Positions 15,783 to 25,301 of a DNA stretch of 32,154 nucleotides are shown here, piece after piece. The translations under genes and the position numbers were made by a program. Source of the DNA: a virus. Taxonomy: Duplodnaviria > Heunggongvirae > Uroviricota > Caudoviricetes. Every line of letters starts with the position of its first letter. Position 1 is the stretch's first letter. The notes beneath the pieces were generated by a model that was not told where the DNA came from, ran no database searches, and saw nothing but the letters and a program-made list of their open reading frames with translations. The DNA lies in the IMG/VR virus record IMGVR_UViG_2531839665_000013. One strand, 5' to 3'.

Positions 15783-16142
15783 ATGACACATGAACCCATT
15801 AATACATATCGTCGCCGTATAGCTGTTGCGGCACTCCATCGAATAAAACGTAAAACAGGTGGTAATCTGCTTATTGTTGACCTTCCGGATGGGAACATTA
15901 CGACCATAGAAATAACTGAACAGTTTATAAACCAGTTGCTGTTACGCTTCGAAGGTATTACCCGTGGTGAATTGGGCCGGGTGGAGGGTGAAACCGAAAT
16001 CCACACTGCATACCAGAATGCTATCGGGATTAATCAACATACTGAATACCTGACTGAAACCGGAAAGTTAATTATAGACAACCTTTTTCAAGAGGTTATT
16101 GATTACGCGAAAGAAAAATATACCAGTGGAGGAATTAACTGA
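15783..16142 (+). CDS. Hypothetical protein (119 aa) with N-terminal arginine-rich motif; speculative N-like antiterminator
   Basis: N-terminal TYRRRIAVAALHRIKRK resembles arginine-rich RNA-binding motifs; position after the immunity region on the early-left transcript. Confidence 0.5.
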   Translation: MTHEPINTYRRRIAVAALHRIKRKTGGNLLIVDLPDGNITTIEITEQFINQLLLRFEGITRGELGRVEGETEIHTAYQNAIGINQHTEYLTETGKLIIDNLFQEVIDYAKEKYTSGGIN

Positions 16143-16357
16143 TGGCTAATTTATCCCCTGTATCTGTTGTGCGCGAAAAAGTGCAGATCGTTATGACAAT
16201 TGAAAATGGCCAAGTCACAGGTGTCTGCAAAGTCCGCGATGGCGAGCTGATTGCCAGCATGGATACATTCATACGGCTGGCAGAAAGAGCGGGGTATCAG
16301 ATAACAGCACCTGCTCAGGAGGAAACCGGTGGCATTAACAGCAACACGCATTCCTGA
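16142..16357 (+). CDS. Hypothetical protein (71 aa), coupled (TGATG overlap) to upstream gene
   Basis: ORF from track; start overlaps the upstream stop. Confidence 0.5.
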   Translation: MANLSPVSVVREKVQIVMTIENGQVTGVCKVRDGELIASMDTFIRLAERAGYQITAPAQEETGGINSNTHS

Positions 16358-16543
16358 GCGGATCCACCGGCAGGCATTGCAGGTCCTGTTGTTGTACCGA
16401 TGCCGACGGATATTTCCGCATCGGATACAGCGCACCGGATATCTCAGTCTGAAGGTTAACCGTCGCTGGCGGCTGTTATCGAAAGGCGACGGCCGGAACT
16501 GGGAAGTAATGAGTCATGAACGTTATTCGGGAGAAATAAAGAA

Positions 16544-16936
16544 ATGATCGACAACCGCACCGCCAGCGCCATTGACCAGGCATTACAGAAACATGATACA
16601 CCCGTCGGCCCGTTATTTTTTGTAACACGCCACGGAAGAACAAAAAAATGCCTCACCCGAAAAACGGCAATTCGTTACCTGGCATTCTTTATGACCACCC
16701 GCGCTTTTGAACGTTCAGGATTCCGACAACGCTATCCTGACAAGCGTTTTATCTTCAACGGGAATGAGATATGGAAACGTGGAGAATCAACCACAGAGTA
16801 TACCCGCGCACACCAGCGAACAATCAGACGACTGCGCAGACTCATCGCCAGGAAACAGTATACAGAAAAATGGTTCAGAAAATATGACACATGGAGCGCC
16901 GGATATTACGAACTGATGGCAACAAAACCATTCTGA
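16544..16936 (+). CDS. Hypothetical basic protein (130 aa)
   Basis: ORF from track with GGAGA RBS; Arg/Lys-rich. Confidence 0.55.
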   Translation: MIDNRTASAIDQALQKHDTPVGPLFFVTRHGRTKKCLTRKTAIRYLAFFMTTRAFERSGFRQRYPDKRFIFNGNEIWKRGESTTEYTRAHQRTIRRLRRLIARKQYTEKWFRKYDTWSAGYYELMATKPF

Positions 16937-16996
16937 CGTAAACGAAATTAACCATGACGCAATTAAATAAGGCAAGCCGAATACATCAGGAGGACC

Positions 16997-17185
16997 ATGA
17001 ACATTTATTTCAGAATAGTTATATCACTGGCAATTATCACATGTATTTACGGATTAATCGTTCCGGCCCTCATATCAATGAAGGATACGGTAGCAGTGAT
17101 TTCTGGCTTTGCTCTGGCGTGTCTGACCCCGCCCTGCATTTATGCCATTTATAAGGGTCTTTCTTTTTCTAAGGATAAAAGATGA
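16997..17185 (+). CDS. Small membrane protein (62 aa, two predicted TM helices)
   Basis: AGGAGG RBS; sequence is almost entirely hydrophobic; overlaps the next gene by 4 nt. Confidence 0.55.
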   Translation: MNIYFRIVISLAIITCIYGLIVPALISMKDTVAVISGFALACLTPPCIYAIYKGLSFSKDKR

Positions 17186-18009
17186 AAAAATTACTTTTTG
17201 CTTTAGCCCTTGTTCTGCCGACCATTGGCCTTGTCGGTTGCGATCGCGTTGAGCCTGGTAATGTGGGCATCAAAGTAAACAAACTTGGCGACGATAAAGG
17301 CGTCGGTGAAGTGGTCGGTGTTGGGCGCTACTGGACGGGATGGAACACTGAAGTTTACATCTTCCCAACCTTCAAACAAATGAAGACCTACGATGAGCCG
17401 TTCAGCTTCCAGATGAGTGACGGCACAACCATTGGCTATCACATCGGTGTTGCCTACAAAGTTGATCCATCCAAAGTTACCACGGTGTTTCAGACCTACC
17501 GCAAAGGCGTGGATGACATTACCGATACTGACCTGCGCCAGAAGATCGCCGACGCACTCAATCGACTGGCCAGCAAAATGACCACTGACAAATTTATCGA
17601 CGGCGGGAAGTCTGAACTACTGGATGCAGCTCTTAAAGACATTCAGGCAGAAATGACGCCCATCGGTATTCAGGTAATGAGTCTCTCATATGTGGGTAAG
17701 CCGGAGTACCCGCCAACCGTTATCGACAGCATTAATGCCAAAGTCACGGCGAACCAGAAAACCCTGCAACGCGAACAGGAAGTAAAACAGCGCGAAGCGG
17801 AAGCTAACATGTTGCGCGCGGAAGCTGCCGGACAGGCAGATGCGATTCGCACAAAAGCCCAGGCCGAGGCCGATGCTATTCGTTTACGCGGTGAAGCTCT
17901 GCGCCAGAACCCTGGCGTCATGGAGCTGGAAGCCATCAACAAGTGGAACGGTACTCTGCCGCAATACATGACCAGCGGTGCCAATACACCATTTATCCAG
18001 ATTAAATAA
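17182..18009 (+). CDS. SPFH/band-7 (stomatin-prohibitin-HflK/C) family lipoprotein
   Basis: Lipoprotein signal MKKLLFALALVLPTIGLVGC; C-terminal Ala/Glu-rich helix ...AEANMLRAEAAGQADAIRTKAQAEADAIRLRGEALRQNPGVMELEAINKWNGTLP typical of SPFH proteins. Confidence 0.8.
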   Translation: MKKLLFALALVLPTIGLVGCDRVEPGNVGIKVNKLGDDKGVGEVVGVGRYWTGWNTEVYIFPTFKQMKTYDEPFSFQMSDGTTIGYHIGVAYKVDPSKVTTVFQTYRKGVDDITDTDLRQKIADALNRLASKMTTDKFIDGGKSELLDAALKDIQAEMTPIGIQVMSLSYVGKPEYPPTVIDSINAKVTANQKTLQREQEVKQREAEANMLRAEAAGQADAIRTKAQAEADAIRLRGEALRQNPGVMELEAINKWNGTLPQYMTSGANTPFIQIK

Positions 18010-18037
18010 CTTACACGCCCGGCAAACCGCCGGGTTA

Positions 18038-18421
18038 ATGGAAAATCAGATGAACAACCAGAATACTCAACCGCAAATAATGAACTATGACCCGAATCTG
18101 ACGTCGTGCGGACGCATGGCAAAACAAACCGTTCGATTAACTTTCGGACTATGGGAATACCGCGAAACATTCGAAGTTACTGTCGGCGGCAATCTGACCG
18201 GACTGGATGTTATCAATTGCGCTATTGAAAGCCTGTACGCAACGCTGCCTTATGAAGAAGCCCTGGATGAGCGCACAGGGGAAACGGATATCATGGCCAC
18301 CATTAATATTGGCGAACTGATATGCCAGGATGAAGACCTGTCCGGAGAACTCTGGCTTGCCGGGATGCTTATCTCAGCAGAAATTATCAGCATTGAACCC
18401 GCTACAAACATACGGCTCTGA
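18038..18421 (+). CDS. Hypothetical protein (127 aa)
   Basis: Internal ATG of a track ORF, just after the SPFH stop. Confidence 0.45.
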   Translation: MENQMNNQNTQPQIMNYDPNLTSCGRMAKQTVRLTFGLWEYRETFEVTVGGNLTGLDVINCAIESLYATLPYEEALDERTGETDIMATINIGELICQDEDLSGELWLAGMLISAEIISIEPATNIRL

Positions 18422-18452
18422 AGTTCTCACTATTCAGAGAGCAGGAGAAAAA

Positions 18453-18569
18453 ATGTTCGCTCTGATTAATCAGGGACAACTGTATACCGACAGTGCCGGT
18501 TACCCGGTAAAAATTGTTCGCTGCATAAACAACACCGTGTTGTACAGAAGATGTGAAGCGAATGTTTGA
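18453..18569 (+). CDS. Possible small protein (38 aa)
   Basis: AGGAG RBS 6 nt before the ATG. Confidence 0.3.
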   Translation: MFALINQGQLYTDSAGYPVKIVRCINNTVLYRRCEANV

Positions 18570-18612
18570 AGTGTGGTGCCACTGCCGTGGATGAAAGTTT
18601 TATGAGGTTGGC

Positions 18613-18867
18613 ATGCAGACAATCATCTATCAGATAACCCCCAGCAAATGGTGTACGGAGAGAGTCCTTATTGCATCAACAGGGCTAAAGCCCGGCACCA
18701 TCGAGCGGGCCAGAAGAAAGTCATGGATGCAGGGAAAAGAATACCGCCATTACGCTGTAGAAGGTGATCCTGGGCATTACAGTGAATGCCTGTACAACAT
18801 CGAAGAAATTATGCGATGGATCGAAAACCAGAAACAACCAGGTGCCAAAAATGCAAGTTCCGGTTAA
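18613..18867 (+). CDS. xis: Excisionase-like protein
   Basis: 84-aa basic protein immediately upstream of int on the same strand; GAGG RBS. Confidence 0.55.
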   Translation: MQTIIYQITPSKWCTERVLIASTGLKPGTIERARRKSWMQGKEYRHYAVEGDPGHYSECLYNIEEIMRWIENQKQPGAKNASSG

Positions 18868-18900
18868 CCTGTTAATGCTCCTGGACGTCTGGGAGGTTTA

Positions 18901-20187
18901 ATGAGTAACGCATCATACCCGACAGGCGTTGAAAACCATGGAGGATCACTCCGTATATGGTTTCACTATAATGGCAAACGTGTCAGAGAAAACCTCGGTG
19001 TTCCTGACACAGCCAAAAACCGGAAGATCGCTGGTGAACTTCGCACTTCCGTTTGTTTTGCAATCAGAATGGGGAGTTTCGACTACGCCGCGCAGTTCCC
19101 TAATTCCCCTAACCTGAAACACTTTGGTCTGGGAAAAAGAGAGATAACCGTTAAGGCACTTTCGGAAAAATGGTTGGACCTTAAGAAAATTGAGATAGGA
19201 AGTAATGCATTCAGTCGGTATCAATCCGTGGTGAGAAACATGCTTCCTCGCATAGGGGAAAAACGTCTTGCTTCGTCGGTAACAAAGGAAGATTTACTGT
19301 TTATCAGGAAAGATTTGTTAACCGGGTATCATAATCTCTCTAACGGAAAAACAACGCCGATTAAAGGGAGGTCAGTAGTTACGGTTAATTACTACATGAC
19401 GACAATTGCAGGAATGTTTCAATTTGCGGCTGATAACGGCTATATCGTGTCAAACCCATTTAACGGCCTGACACCATTAAAGAGATCCAGAACAGAACCA
19501 GATCCGCTCACACGAGACGAATTTATTCGTTTTATTGATGCCTGTCACCATCAACAAACGAAAAACCTGTGGTCCTTAGCAGTATACACAGGCATTCGTC
19601 ACGGTGAGCTAATATCTCTCGCTTGGGAGGATATTGATTTAAAAGCTAAAACAATGACTATCCGTCGTAATTATACAAAACTCGGGGAGTTCACTCTACC
19701 AAAAACAGAAGCGGGAACTGATCGTGTTATTCATCTTGTTCAACCAGCTGTTGATGCCCTGAAAAGCCAGGCTGAAATGACAAGACTTGGCCCTCAGTAT
19801 CAAATTGACGTCAAGCTTCGGGAGTTCGGTCGCACTGCACGCCATGAATGCACGTTTGTTTTTAATCCGCAACTGGTGAAAAAATGCCAGCAAGTCGGTC
19901 ACCACTATAAAGCAGATTCCATCAGAGATTCCTGGGCATCTGCATTAAGGCGAGCAGGACTGCGGCACAGAAAAGCCTATCAGTCCAGGCATACTTATGC
20001 CTGTTGGGCATTATCGGCAGGAGCGAATCCAAGCTTCATAGCAAACCAAATGGGCCATGCAAATGCACAAATGGTATTCAACGTTTACGGAGCATGGATG
20101 AAAGATAACAATATCGGGCAAATAGAACTACTCAATAAGCAGTTGACGGAGAGTGTCCCATACATGCCCCATAGAGCCAGACTCTGA
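18901..20187 (+). CDS. int: Tyrosine integrase (lambda Int family)
   Basis: 428 aa; C-terminal catalytic region with ...YTGIRHGELISL... (Arg), ...HANAQMVFNVYGAWM... and RHTYA; N-terminal arm-binding-like region; last gene before the host junction. Confidence 0.9.
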   Translation: MSNASYPTGVENHGGSLRIWFHYNGKRVRENLGVPDTAKNRKIAGELRTSVCFAIRMGSFDYAAQFPNSPNLKHFGLGKREITVKALSEKWLDLKKIEIGSNAFSRYQSVVRNMLPRIGEKRLASSVTKEDLLFIRKDLLTGYHNLSNGKTTPIKGRSVVTVNYYMTTIAGMFQFAADNGYIVSNPFNGLTPLKRSRTEPDPLTRDEFIRFIDACHHQQTKNLWSLAVYTGIRHGELISLAWEDIDLKAKTMTIRRNYTKLGEFTLPKTEAGTDRVIHLVQPAVDALKSQAEMTRLGPQYQIDVKLREFGRTARHECTFVFNPQLVKKCQQVGHHYKADSIRDSWASALRRAGLRHRKAYQSRHTYACWALSAGANPSFIANQMGHANAQMVFNVYGAWMKDNNIGQIELLNKQLTESVPYMPHRARL

Positions 20188-20229
20188 AATAATATCTTTA
20201 AATATCAGTTGTTTTAATGGTAGTTGCCG

Positions 20230-20625
20230 TCACATTAACTGCGTGGAGGGCAACACCACGCTTTACGCCCTGCCGAAACCCGAGGTTGTCCTGCGCTGGC
20301 GTGAACAGACCACAGATGACTTCCGCTTCTGTTTTAAGTTTCCGGCGACCATTTCGCATCAGGCAGCATTACGACATTGCGATGATTTAGTGACTGAATT
20401 TTTGACCCGCATGTCACCGTTGGCTCCGCGCATTGGGCAATACTGGCTGCAACTGCCTGCCACATTCGGCCCACGGGAGCTGCCTGCGCTTTGGCATTTT
20501 CTCGATTCTCTCCCTGGCGAATTTAATTATGGTGTGGAAGTCCGCCATCCACAGTTTTTCGCCAAAGGGGAAGAGGAACAAACTCTTAATCGCGGTTTAC
20601 ATCAGCGCGGCGTTAATCGGGTGAT
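20230..20625 (+). pseudogene. Fragment of a host chromosomal gene flanked by two mobile elements; possibly yecE (DUF72)
   Basis: Mid-GC ORF with no start of its own beginning right after int and ending where the AT-rich element begins. The yecE identity is from recollection that yecE is a lambdoid/Stx phage insertion site, not from alignment. Confidence 0.35.
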
Positions 20626-20697
20626 TTTCATCAGACACGTTTAAATACACCACCTAAAGCGATACAATCGCGCTATTAGTTTTTATGGTGGTAAAGA

Positions 20698-22221
20698 ATG
20701 AAACGTGTAATCAGCTACATCAGATTCAGTTCTGAGCGACAAGCCAAAGGCGACTCACTACGCAGACAGTCTAAGATGGTTAATGACTGGCTTAAGGCTC
20801 ATCCTGAGTACTACCTTGACCAAGATTTATCCTTCCGTGATTTAGGTGTGAGTGGATTCACTGGTAAGCACTTGAAAGGTGGCTTAGGTGACTTCTTAAC
20901 CGCTATCGAGAAAGGGCTTGTTAAAGCTGGTGATACGCTCTTGATAGAATCTCTTGACCGTTTGTCACGTCAGGCCGTAGACCGAGCAAGTGAGCTATTA
21001 CGAAACATTCTTCGCTCTGGTGTAGATGTAGTCACCCTGTCCGATGGTGAACATTACACAAGTGAGTCTCTTAAAGACCCGTTAGCTCTGATTAAGTCCA
21101 TCTTGATTATGCAAAGAGCACATGAAGAGAGTCTGCGTAAATCTGAACGTATACAAGCTGCATGGAACCGTAAAAAAGAACTCATCTCTGAAGGTATCAA
21201 GATTTCTAAGCGTTGTCCTGCATGGTTAAGGCTGAATGATGACCGTAAAAGCTTCTCTGTAATCCCTGAGAAGGTAGAAACTGTGAAGAGGTGCTTTCAG
21301 CTACGATTAGAGGGTAAGTCTATCTGGGAGATTGTTCGGACTCTTAATGATGAAGGTCACCAGACGCTTAACCAGCACAAAGCGGGTTCATTTGGTCAAA
21401 GCTCAGTACAAGACCTTTTGAAGAATCGTTCTGTAATTGGTTACTTCACACCTAAAGGCTGTGAGGAGATATCTGGTTATTTCCCCCCTATCATCCCTGA
21501 GACTGATTTCTACAAAGTCCAGCAACTATCATATTCTCGTTATGGAAGAAAGCCTGCTTCAGATAAACCATTGAGTGTGAATCTCTTTAAAGGTGTTATC
21601 CGTTGTTCTGAATGTGGTCATGCTCTGATTATCACAGGCTTTAGCGATACAAGAAACGGGATTTATCGTTGTCCTCTTCGTAATGAAAACCGTTGTAGTG
21701 CTAAAGGGCTGTCACGTAAGCAAACCGATGGTACATTGCTTACCCTGCTATCTCGTCTTGACCGATTTGATAGCGATACGACGAATACCATAGATATGTT
21801 GAGGCTACACCGTGAACACATCTCAAGCAATATTGAAAAGCTGGTACAGCTATCACTTGAAATTGAAGATTTGTCAGCTATTACCATCAAACTAAAGCAG
21901 TTAAAAGGTGAGCTATCACAGGTTGATGCGGATATCGAGAAGGAGACACAACGCCTTAAATCTATTGATGTGGGGTGTTTGTCCGATTGTGACTTGACTA
22001 CAAAGGCGGGAAGGATTGAAGCACAACTGATAATCAAAAGTGCTGTTAAAGAGGTCGTTTTAAATACTGCTAAACGTCGCTGTAAAGTAACTTTTCACAA
22101 CGGTAAAGCAATCACCTTACCAATAACAGAAAACCCCTCAGAGGACGTTACAGAGGCTATACAGTCGCTTTCTGAAGTCACTGAGAGGGGGTTGATAGAT
22201 GTTGATGAGGTTATCATATAG
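20698..22221 (+). CDS. Large serine recombinase (resolvase/invertase N-terminal catalytic domain + recombinase domain + zinc ribbon)
   Basis: N-terminus VISYIRFSSERQ (catalytic Ser), ...LLIESLDRLSR...; 507 aa; Cys cluster CSECGH...YRCPLRNENRC; long C-terminal coiled coil. Confidence 0.88.
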   Translation: MKRVISYIRFSSERQAKGDSLRRQSKMVNDWLKAHPEYYLDQDLSFRDLGVSGFTGKHLKGGLGDFLTAIEKGLVKAGDTLLIESLDRLSRQAVDRASELLRNILRSGVDVVTLSDGEHYTSESLKDPLALIKSILIMQRAHEESLRKSERIQAAWNRKKELISEGIKISKRCPAWLRLNDDRKSFSVIPEKVETVKRCFQLRLEGKSIWEIVRTLNDEGHQTLNQHKAGSFGQSSVQDLLKNRSVIGYFTPKGCEEISGYFPPIIPETDFYKVQQLSYSRYGRKPASDKPLSVNLFKGVIRCSECGHALIITGFSDTRNGIYRCPLRNENRCSAKGLSRKQTDGTLLTLLSRLDRFDSDTTNTIDMLRLHREHISSNIEKLVQLSLEIEDLSAITIKLKQLKGELSQVDADIEKETQRLKSIDVGCLSDCDLTTKAGRIEAQLIIKSAVKEVVLNTAKRRCKVTFHNGKAITLPITENPSEDVTEAIQSLSEVTERGLIDVDEVII

Positions 22222-22235
22222 TTGAGATTCTATCG

Positions 22236-23009
22236 TCAGTATCGCTTGTTAGGATTAACAGAATACTTCTTCAAAGTACTACCTGTACCAGCATTATTAA
22301 GCACCTTTGAAGCTTGCTCATTAGCGGCATCTGAGAAGGTGCTTTTTCCATTCTCAACTTTGACACTTTTACCACAATTGATACGGGCTTGAAGTTGCTC
22401 ATTAGTGAGTTCACTCGTAGAGCGATTATATAGCTCCTGACACATCAACATACCATTACCTAAACTTGTTGTAGTGTTACCTGTATTCTTCTTACTGGTA
22501 GCACCACCATCATTCGTAGTCGCGGCTTTTCCAGTTGCAGCCGAGATATCAGTCTGTCCCACAACAGCTCTGAAGTTAATTTCCTGAAAAGTTAGTTGGA
22601 TTCTTAATCCGTTTGAAATTCCAACATCTTTAGAGGCTTTAAAACTCGTAATAATGGAATCATCAATCTTGATACCGTCTTTACAGATGACCGAAATAAT
22701 TTGCTTCTGGTCACGCCAGCTTTCGAGAGTGTCAATGAAGTTTTCTACTAATTGACCCTGACGAGTTAATAATAAGCTTCCTTCATAGCCAACTACAACG
22801 ACACCACTAATAGTGATTGTTCTGGGTGCTCTTTGCACATTATCTGTGACGGTTTGCCCTGATTGCATGTTCTGTGTAGTCACCTGCATAGGACTATCAA
22901 ATTCCATGTTTTCAGTTGCTGATAAGGTTAAGAAGGCATCTACATTGTCTCTTAAGTGGAAATAGATGCCATCTTTGCCACTATATCTAAGTTGTTTTTT
23001 GTCAAACAT
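22236..23009 (-). CDS. Hypothetical protein (257 aa) downstream of the tape-measure gene; possible distal tail protein
   Basis: Position only (gene after TMP); Thr/Gly/Asn-rich central region. Confidence 0.55.
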   Translation of the reverse strand: MFDKKQLRYSGKDGIYFHLRDNVDAFLTLSATENMEFDSPMQVTTQNMQSGQTVTDNVQRAPRTITISGVVVVGYEGSLLLTRQGQLVENFIDTLESWRDQKQIISVICKDGIKIDDSIITSFKASKDVGISNGLRIQLTFQEINFRAVVGQTDISAATGKAATTNDGGATSKKNTGNTTTSLGNGMLMCQELYNRSTSELTNEQLQARINCGKSVKVENGKSTFSDAANEQASKVLNNAGTGSTLKKYSVNPNKRY

Positions 23010-23098
23010 TGTTGTATTCCTCTTAAGGGTGAGCTACATGAATACACCTGAGTAGTTATAGGTCGTAATTTTTAATTTTCACGTAGAACACCGTTAAA

Positions 23099-25147
23099 TC
23101 AATCATCTTCTGGATAGCTTGAACTTAATAGCGTAGCTTCTGCGTATTGGTCGTAGATATTACTGCTAAAGGTCATAAAGCTGGTTTCATCTGGTTTAAT
23201 GGCAACTTCACCACCAAGTGAAACTTTCACAGGCTCCTGAATACGTTTGCTCAAAGCACTAATTTCATCTCTCAGGCTTTGGATATCCGTATTCGTTAAT
23301 GCCGCATCTTGTCTCATGGTGATTAATTCTGGATGCTGGAAGTTAGCAAGATTCATAGCTGCACTATTAAACCAACCTTTCACATCATCCATAGTGAACA
23401 CTGGTTTAAGTCCAGACTCTTTAGCTAGCTCTGGTAATTTAGCTTGTGCTTCCATTCGTTCAGGTGTAGAAGCTAATCTCTCATAACCTGCATAGATAGC
23501 ACTACCAGCTAATAGCATATTCCCAAGATTAAACCTTGATGGTTTCCCGTTCTTTCTATTCACGTTATCCGCTGTAGTATCAGCGACCTGACCTAATCTT
23601 GTGATAGCAGTCATAAGCCCGTAAATACTTCTGGTTACACCAACAACTTTATTCACAGCAATAACACCAGCCAAGACTTTTAAACTATTAATCAAGCCAG
23701 AACCTAAAGCATCAACTACTTTCTTTTGTTCATCGGTTAAACCACGATAAGCTAATGTCACCTCATCGAAGAATGCTCTTACCCTGTAAGAAATATCGGT
23801 TAGTGAATCGACCCCATGCGACATATCACTCATCAAGCTACCAAAACTTTCACCTAATGTTTTACCACTCCCACCTAAACTATTTAAAAGATTGGTTAAG
23901 CTTCTTGTGAAATCTTGAAGACCATCTTCAGAACCTCTGAAGATATCCGTTAGTGAGTTGTTCCAAGTATTCTTCAAGTTCCCTAGCATTGTCTGCGTAG
24001 AGTCCTGAATAGCTTTCCAGCCACCTCTTGAATTAATCTGTGAACCAAGTTCTTTAGCAAACTTAGGGAGTGCATCAGAGGCTTTAACATCACCATTTTT
24101 CATCTTATCGAAAAGCTGTTTTTCAGTCAGACCTAAAGCCTTTGCAAATGCCTGAGTAGCACCCGGTAAAGCTTCAGATAGTTGCCCCTTAAGTTCTTCA
24201 GCCATCACCTGACCCTTAGAAGCCATCTGCGACACTGCGGTTAATGCTCTTTGAATCTGCTCATCTGAACGACCCATTAAACGAGAATAACCTGTAAGGT
24301 TTTTAAATAATTCCTCTGCCCCTTCAAGACCCATCGTGTTCTTTGCAGATGCACCAAATGAAGCAAATTGCGCTTGTGTTTCGGTTGTGTCCATACCAGT
24401 AATTTGAGTTAAATCCTGAATGAACTTTTTAACCTGTGTACTTTGGTCACCGAATACGAAATCAATACTTCTTTCCGATGATGCACGTTGAAGGCCAACT
24501 TCCATAATCTTCTGATAACTGGCTAATACAGCCTGAAAGCTGATAAATGCACCTGCTGTTTTAACTGCTGCTGAACTCAAACTATCAAGACTATTAGCTG
24601 CTCTGTCACCATTAATGCTGGTGGATGTATGACCTTTAGCTTTAGCAATTGCTTCTCTGACTGAAGCATTTAGCTGAGCCAGCTTCTCATTGAATTTTGA
24701 AGAATCCATTGAACCGGCTTTAGCAGATAGCCCGTAAAACTGAGATTTGATGTATTTCTGCAAAATAGGGTCAAAGCCTTTTAGCTTAGACATATTAGCT
24801 GAGTAAGCCGCTGTGATTGCTCTGTTGCCGCTAATTCGTGGCTGTCTTGGTTGTTTTGGAGGATTAACAGTGTCATTAAATCTGGTGGCAAACTGAAATG
24901 CTCTTGTGTTTCTTGCTCTCTGTTCAATCTTGTCAAAGGTCTTATTAAACTTCCTTTCAAGTTGCCCTAAAGAACTTGTCAGATTGCTGTCAAGCTGCTT
25001 TGTATTAATCCTGAAACCTTTATTTAGGTTCTTTTCAATTCTTTGTGCTGACTGCAAAGCTGCCTTTTCAACTCTTTGCAAGCCCTTAATAACGTTTTCA
25101 CTGAAGCCTAGCTCAACGATAAAACTATCAACTTTAAACTGTGCCAT
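23099..25147 (-). CDS. Phage tail tape measure-like protein (682 aa)
   Basis: Core motif ...MASKGQVMAEELKGQLSEALPGATQAFAKALGLTEKQLFDKMKNGDVKASDALPKFAKELG... is typical of tape-measure proteins; AAGAGGTGA RBS. Confidence 0.75.
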   Translation of the reverse strand: MAQFKVDSFIVELGFSENVIKGLQRVEKAALQSAQRIEKNLNKGFRINTKQLDSNLTSSLGQLERKFNKTFDKIEQRARNTRAFQFATRFNDTVNPPKQPRQPRISGNRAITAAYSANMSKLKGFDPILQKYIKSQFYGLSAKAGSMDSSKFNEKLAQLNASVREAIAKAKGHTSTSINGDRAANSLDSLSSAAVKTAGAFISFQAVLASYQKIMEVGLQRASSERSIDFVFGDQSTQVKKFIQDLTQITGMDTTETQAQFASFGASAKNTMGLEGAEELFKNLTGYSRLMGRSDEQIQRALTAVSQMASKGQVMAEELKGQLSEALPGATQAFAKALGLTEKQLFDKMKNGDVKASDALPKFAKELGSQINSRGGWKAIQDSTQTMLGNLKNTWNNSLTDIFRGSEDGLQDFTRSLTNLLNSLGGSGKTLGESFGSLMSDMSHGVDSLTDISYRVRAFFDEVTLAYRGLTDEQKKVVDALGSGLINSLKVLAGVIAVNKVVGVTRSIYGLMTAITRLGQVADTTADNVNRKNGKPSRFNLGNMLLAGSAIYAGYERLASTPERMEAQAKLPELAKESGLKPVFTMDDVKGWFNSAAMNLANFQHPELITMRQDAALTNTDIQSLRDEISALSKRIQEPVKVSLGGEVAIKPDETSFMTFSSNIYDQYAEATLLSSSYPEDD

Positions 25148-25174
25148 TGTTCATATTTCACCTCTTAAGTGTTC

Positions 25175-25206
25175 ATAGACTTCGGATAGAAGACTATCCT
25201 CATATA
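25175..25206. promoter_or_regulatory. 32-bp element ATAGACTTCGGATAGAAGACTATCCTCATATA (copy 1), containing palindrome GGATAG-AAGA-CTATCC; upstream of the TMP gene
   Basis: Identical copy at 26891-26922. Confidence 0.6.
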
Positions 25207-25301
25207 CAAAAAAGGGAGAAACTACCGAATAATATCGATAATCTCTCCCCGTGTTATAGATTCGATAGAACCTATCTCATACACCCAACCAATTCTTTTT
25301 T

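Larger units (their letters stand above)
1..20200. mobile_element. Lambdoid prophage, right-hand portion (terS/cos through int), late genes on minus strand; Stx-phage-like backbone without stx
   Basis: Gene order Q - tRNAs - nanS-p - holin - endolysin - Rz/Rz1 - cos - terS on minus strand; cro/cI-like switch; xis-int at right boundary next to a host gene fragment. Confidence 0.85.

Noticed and set aside
16329-16547. GTG-start 72-aa ORF bridging 16142-16357 and 16544-16936
   Set aside because: No ATG, no RBS, overlaps the 3' end of a better ORF; the 186-bp gap is more likely regulatory.
23247-25178. Plus-strand ORFs 23247-23486 and 24906-25178 within the tape-measure gene
   Set aside because: Antisense to a long gene with a clear TMP core motif.
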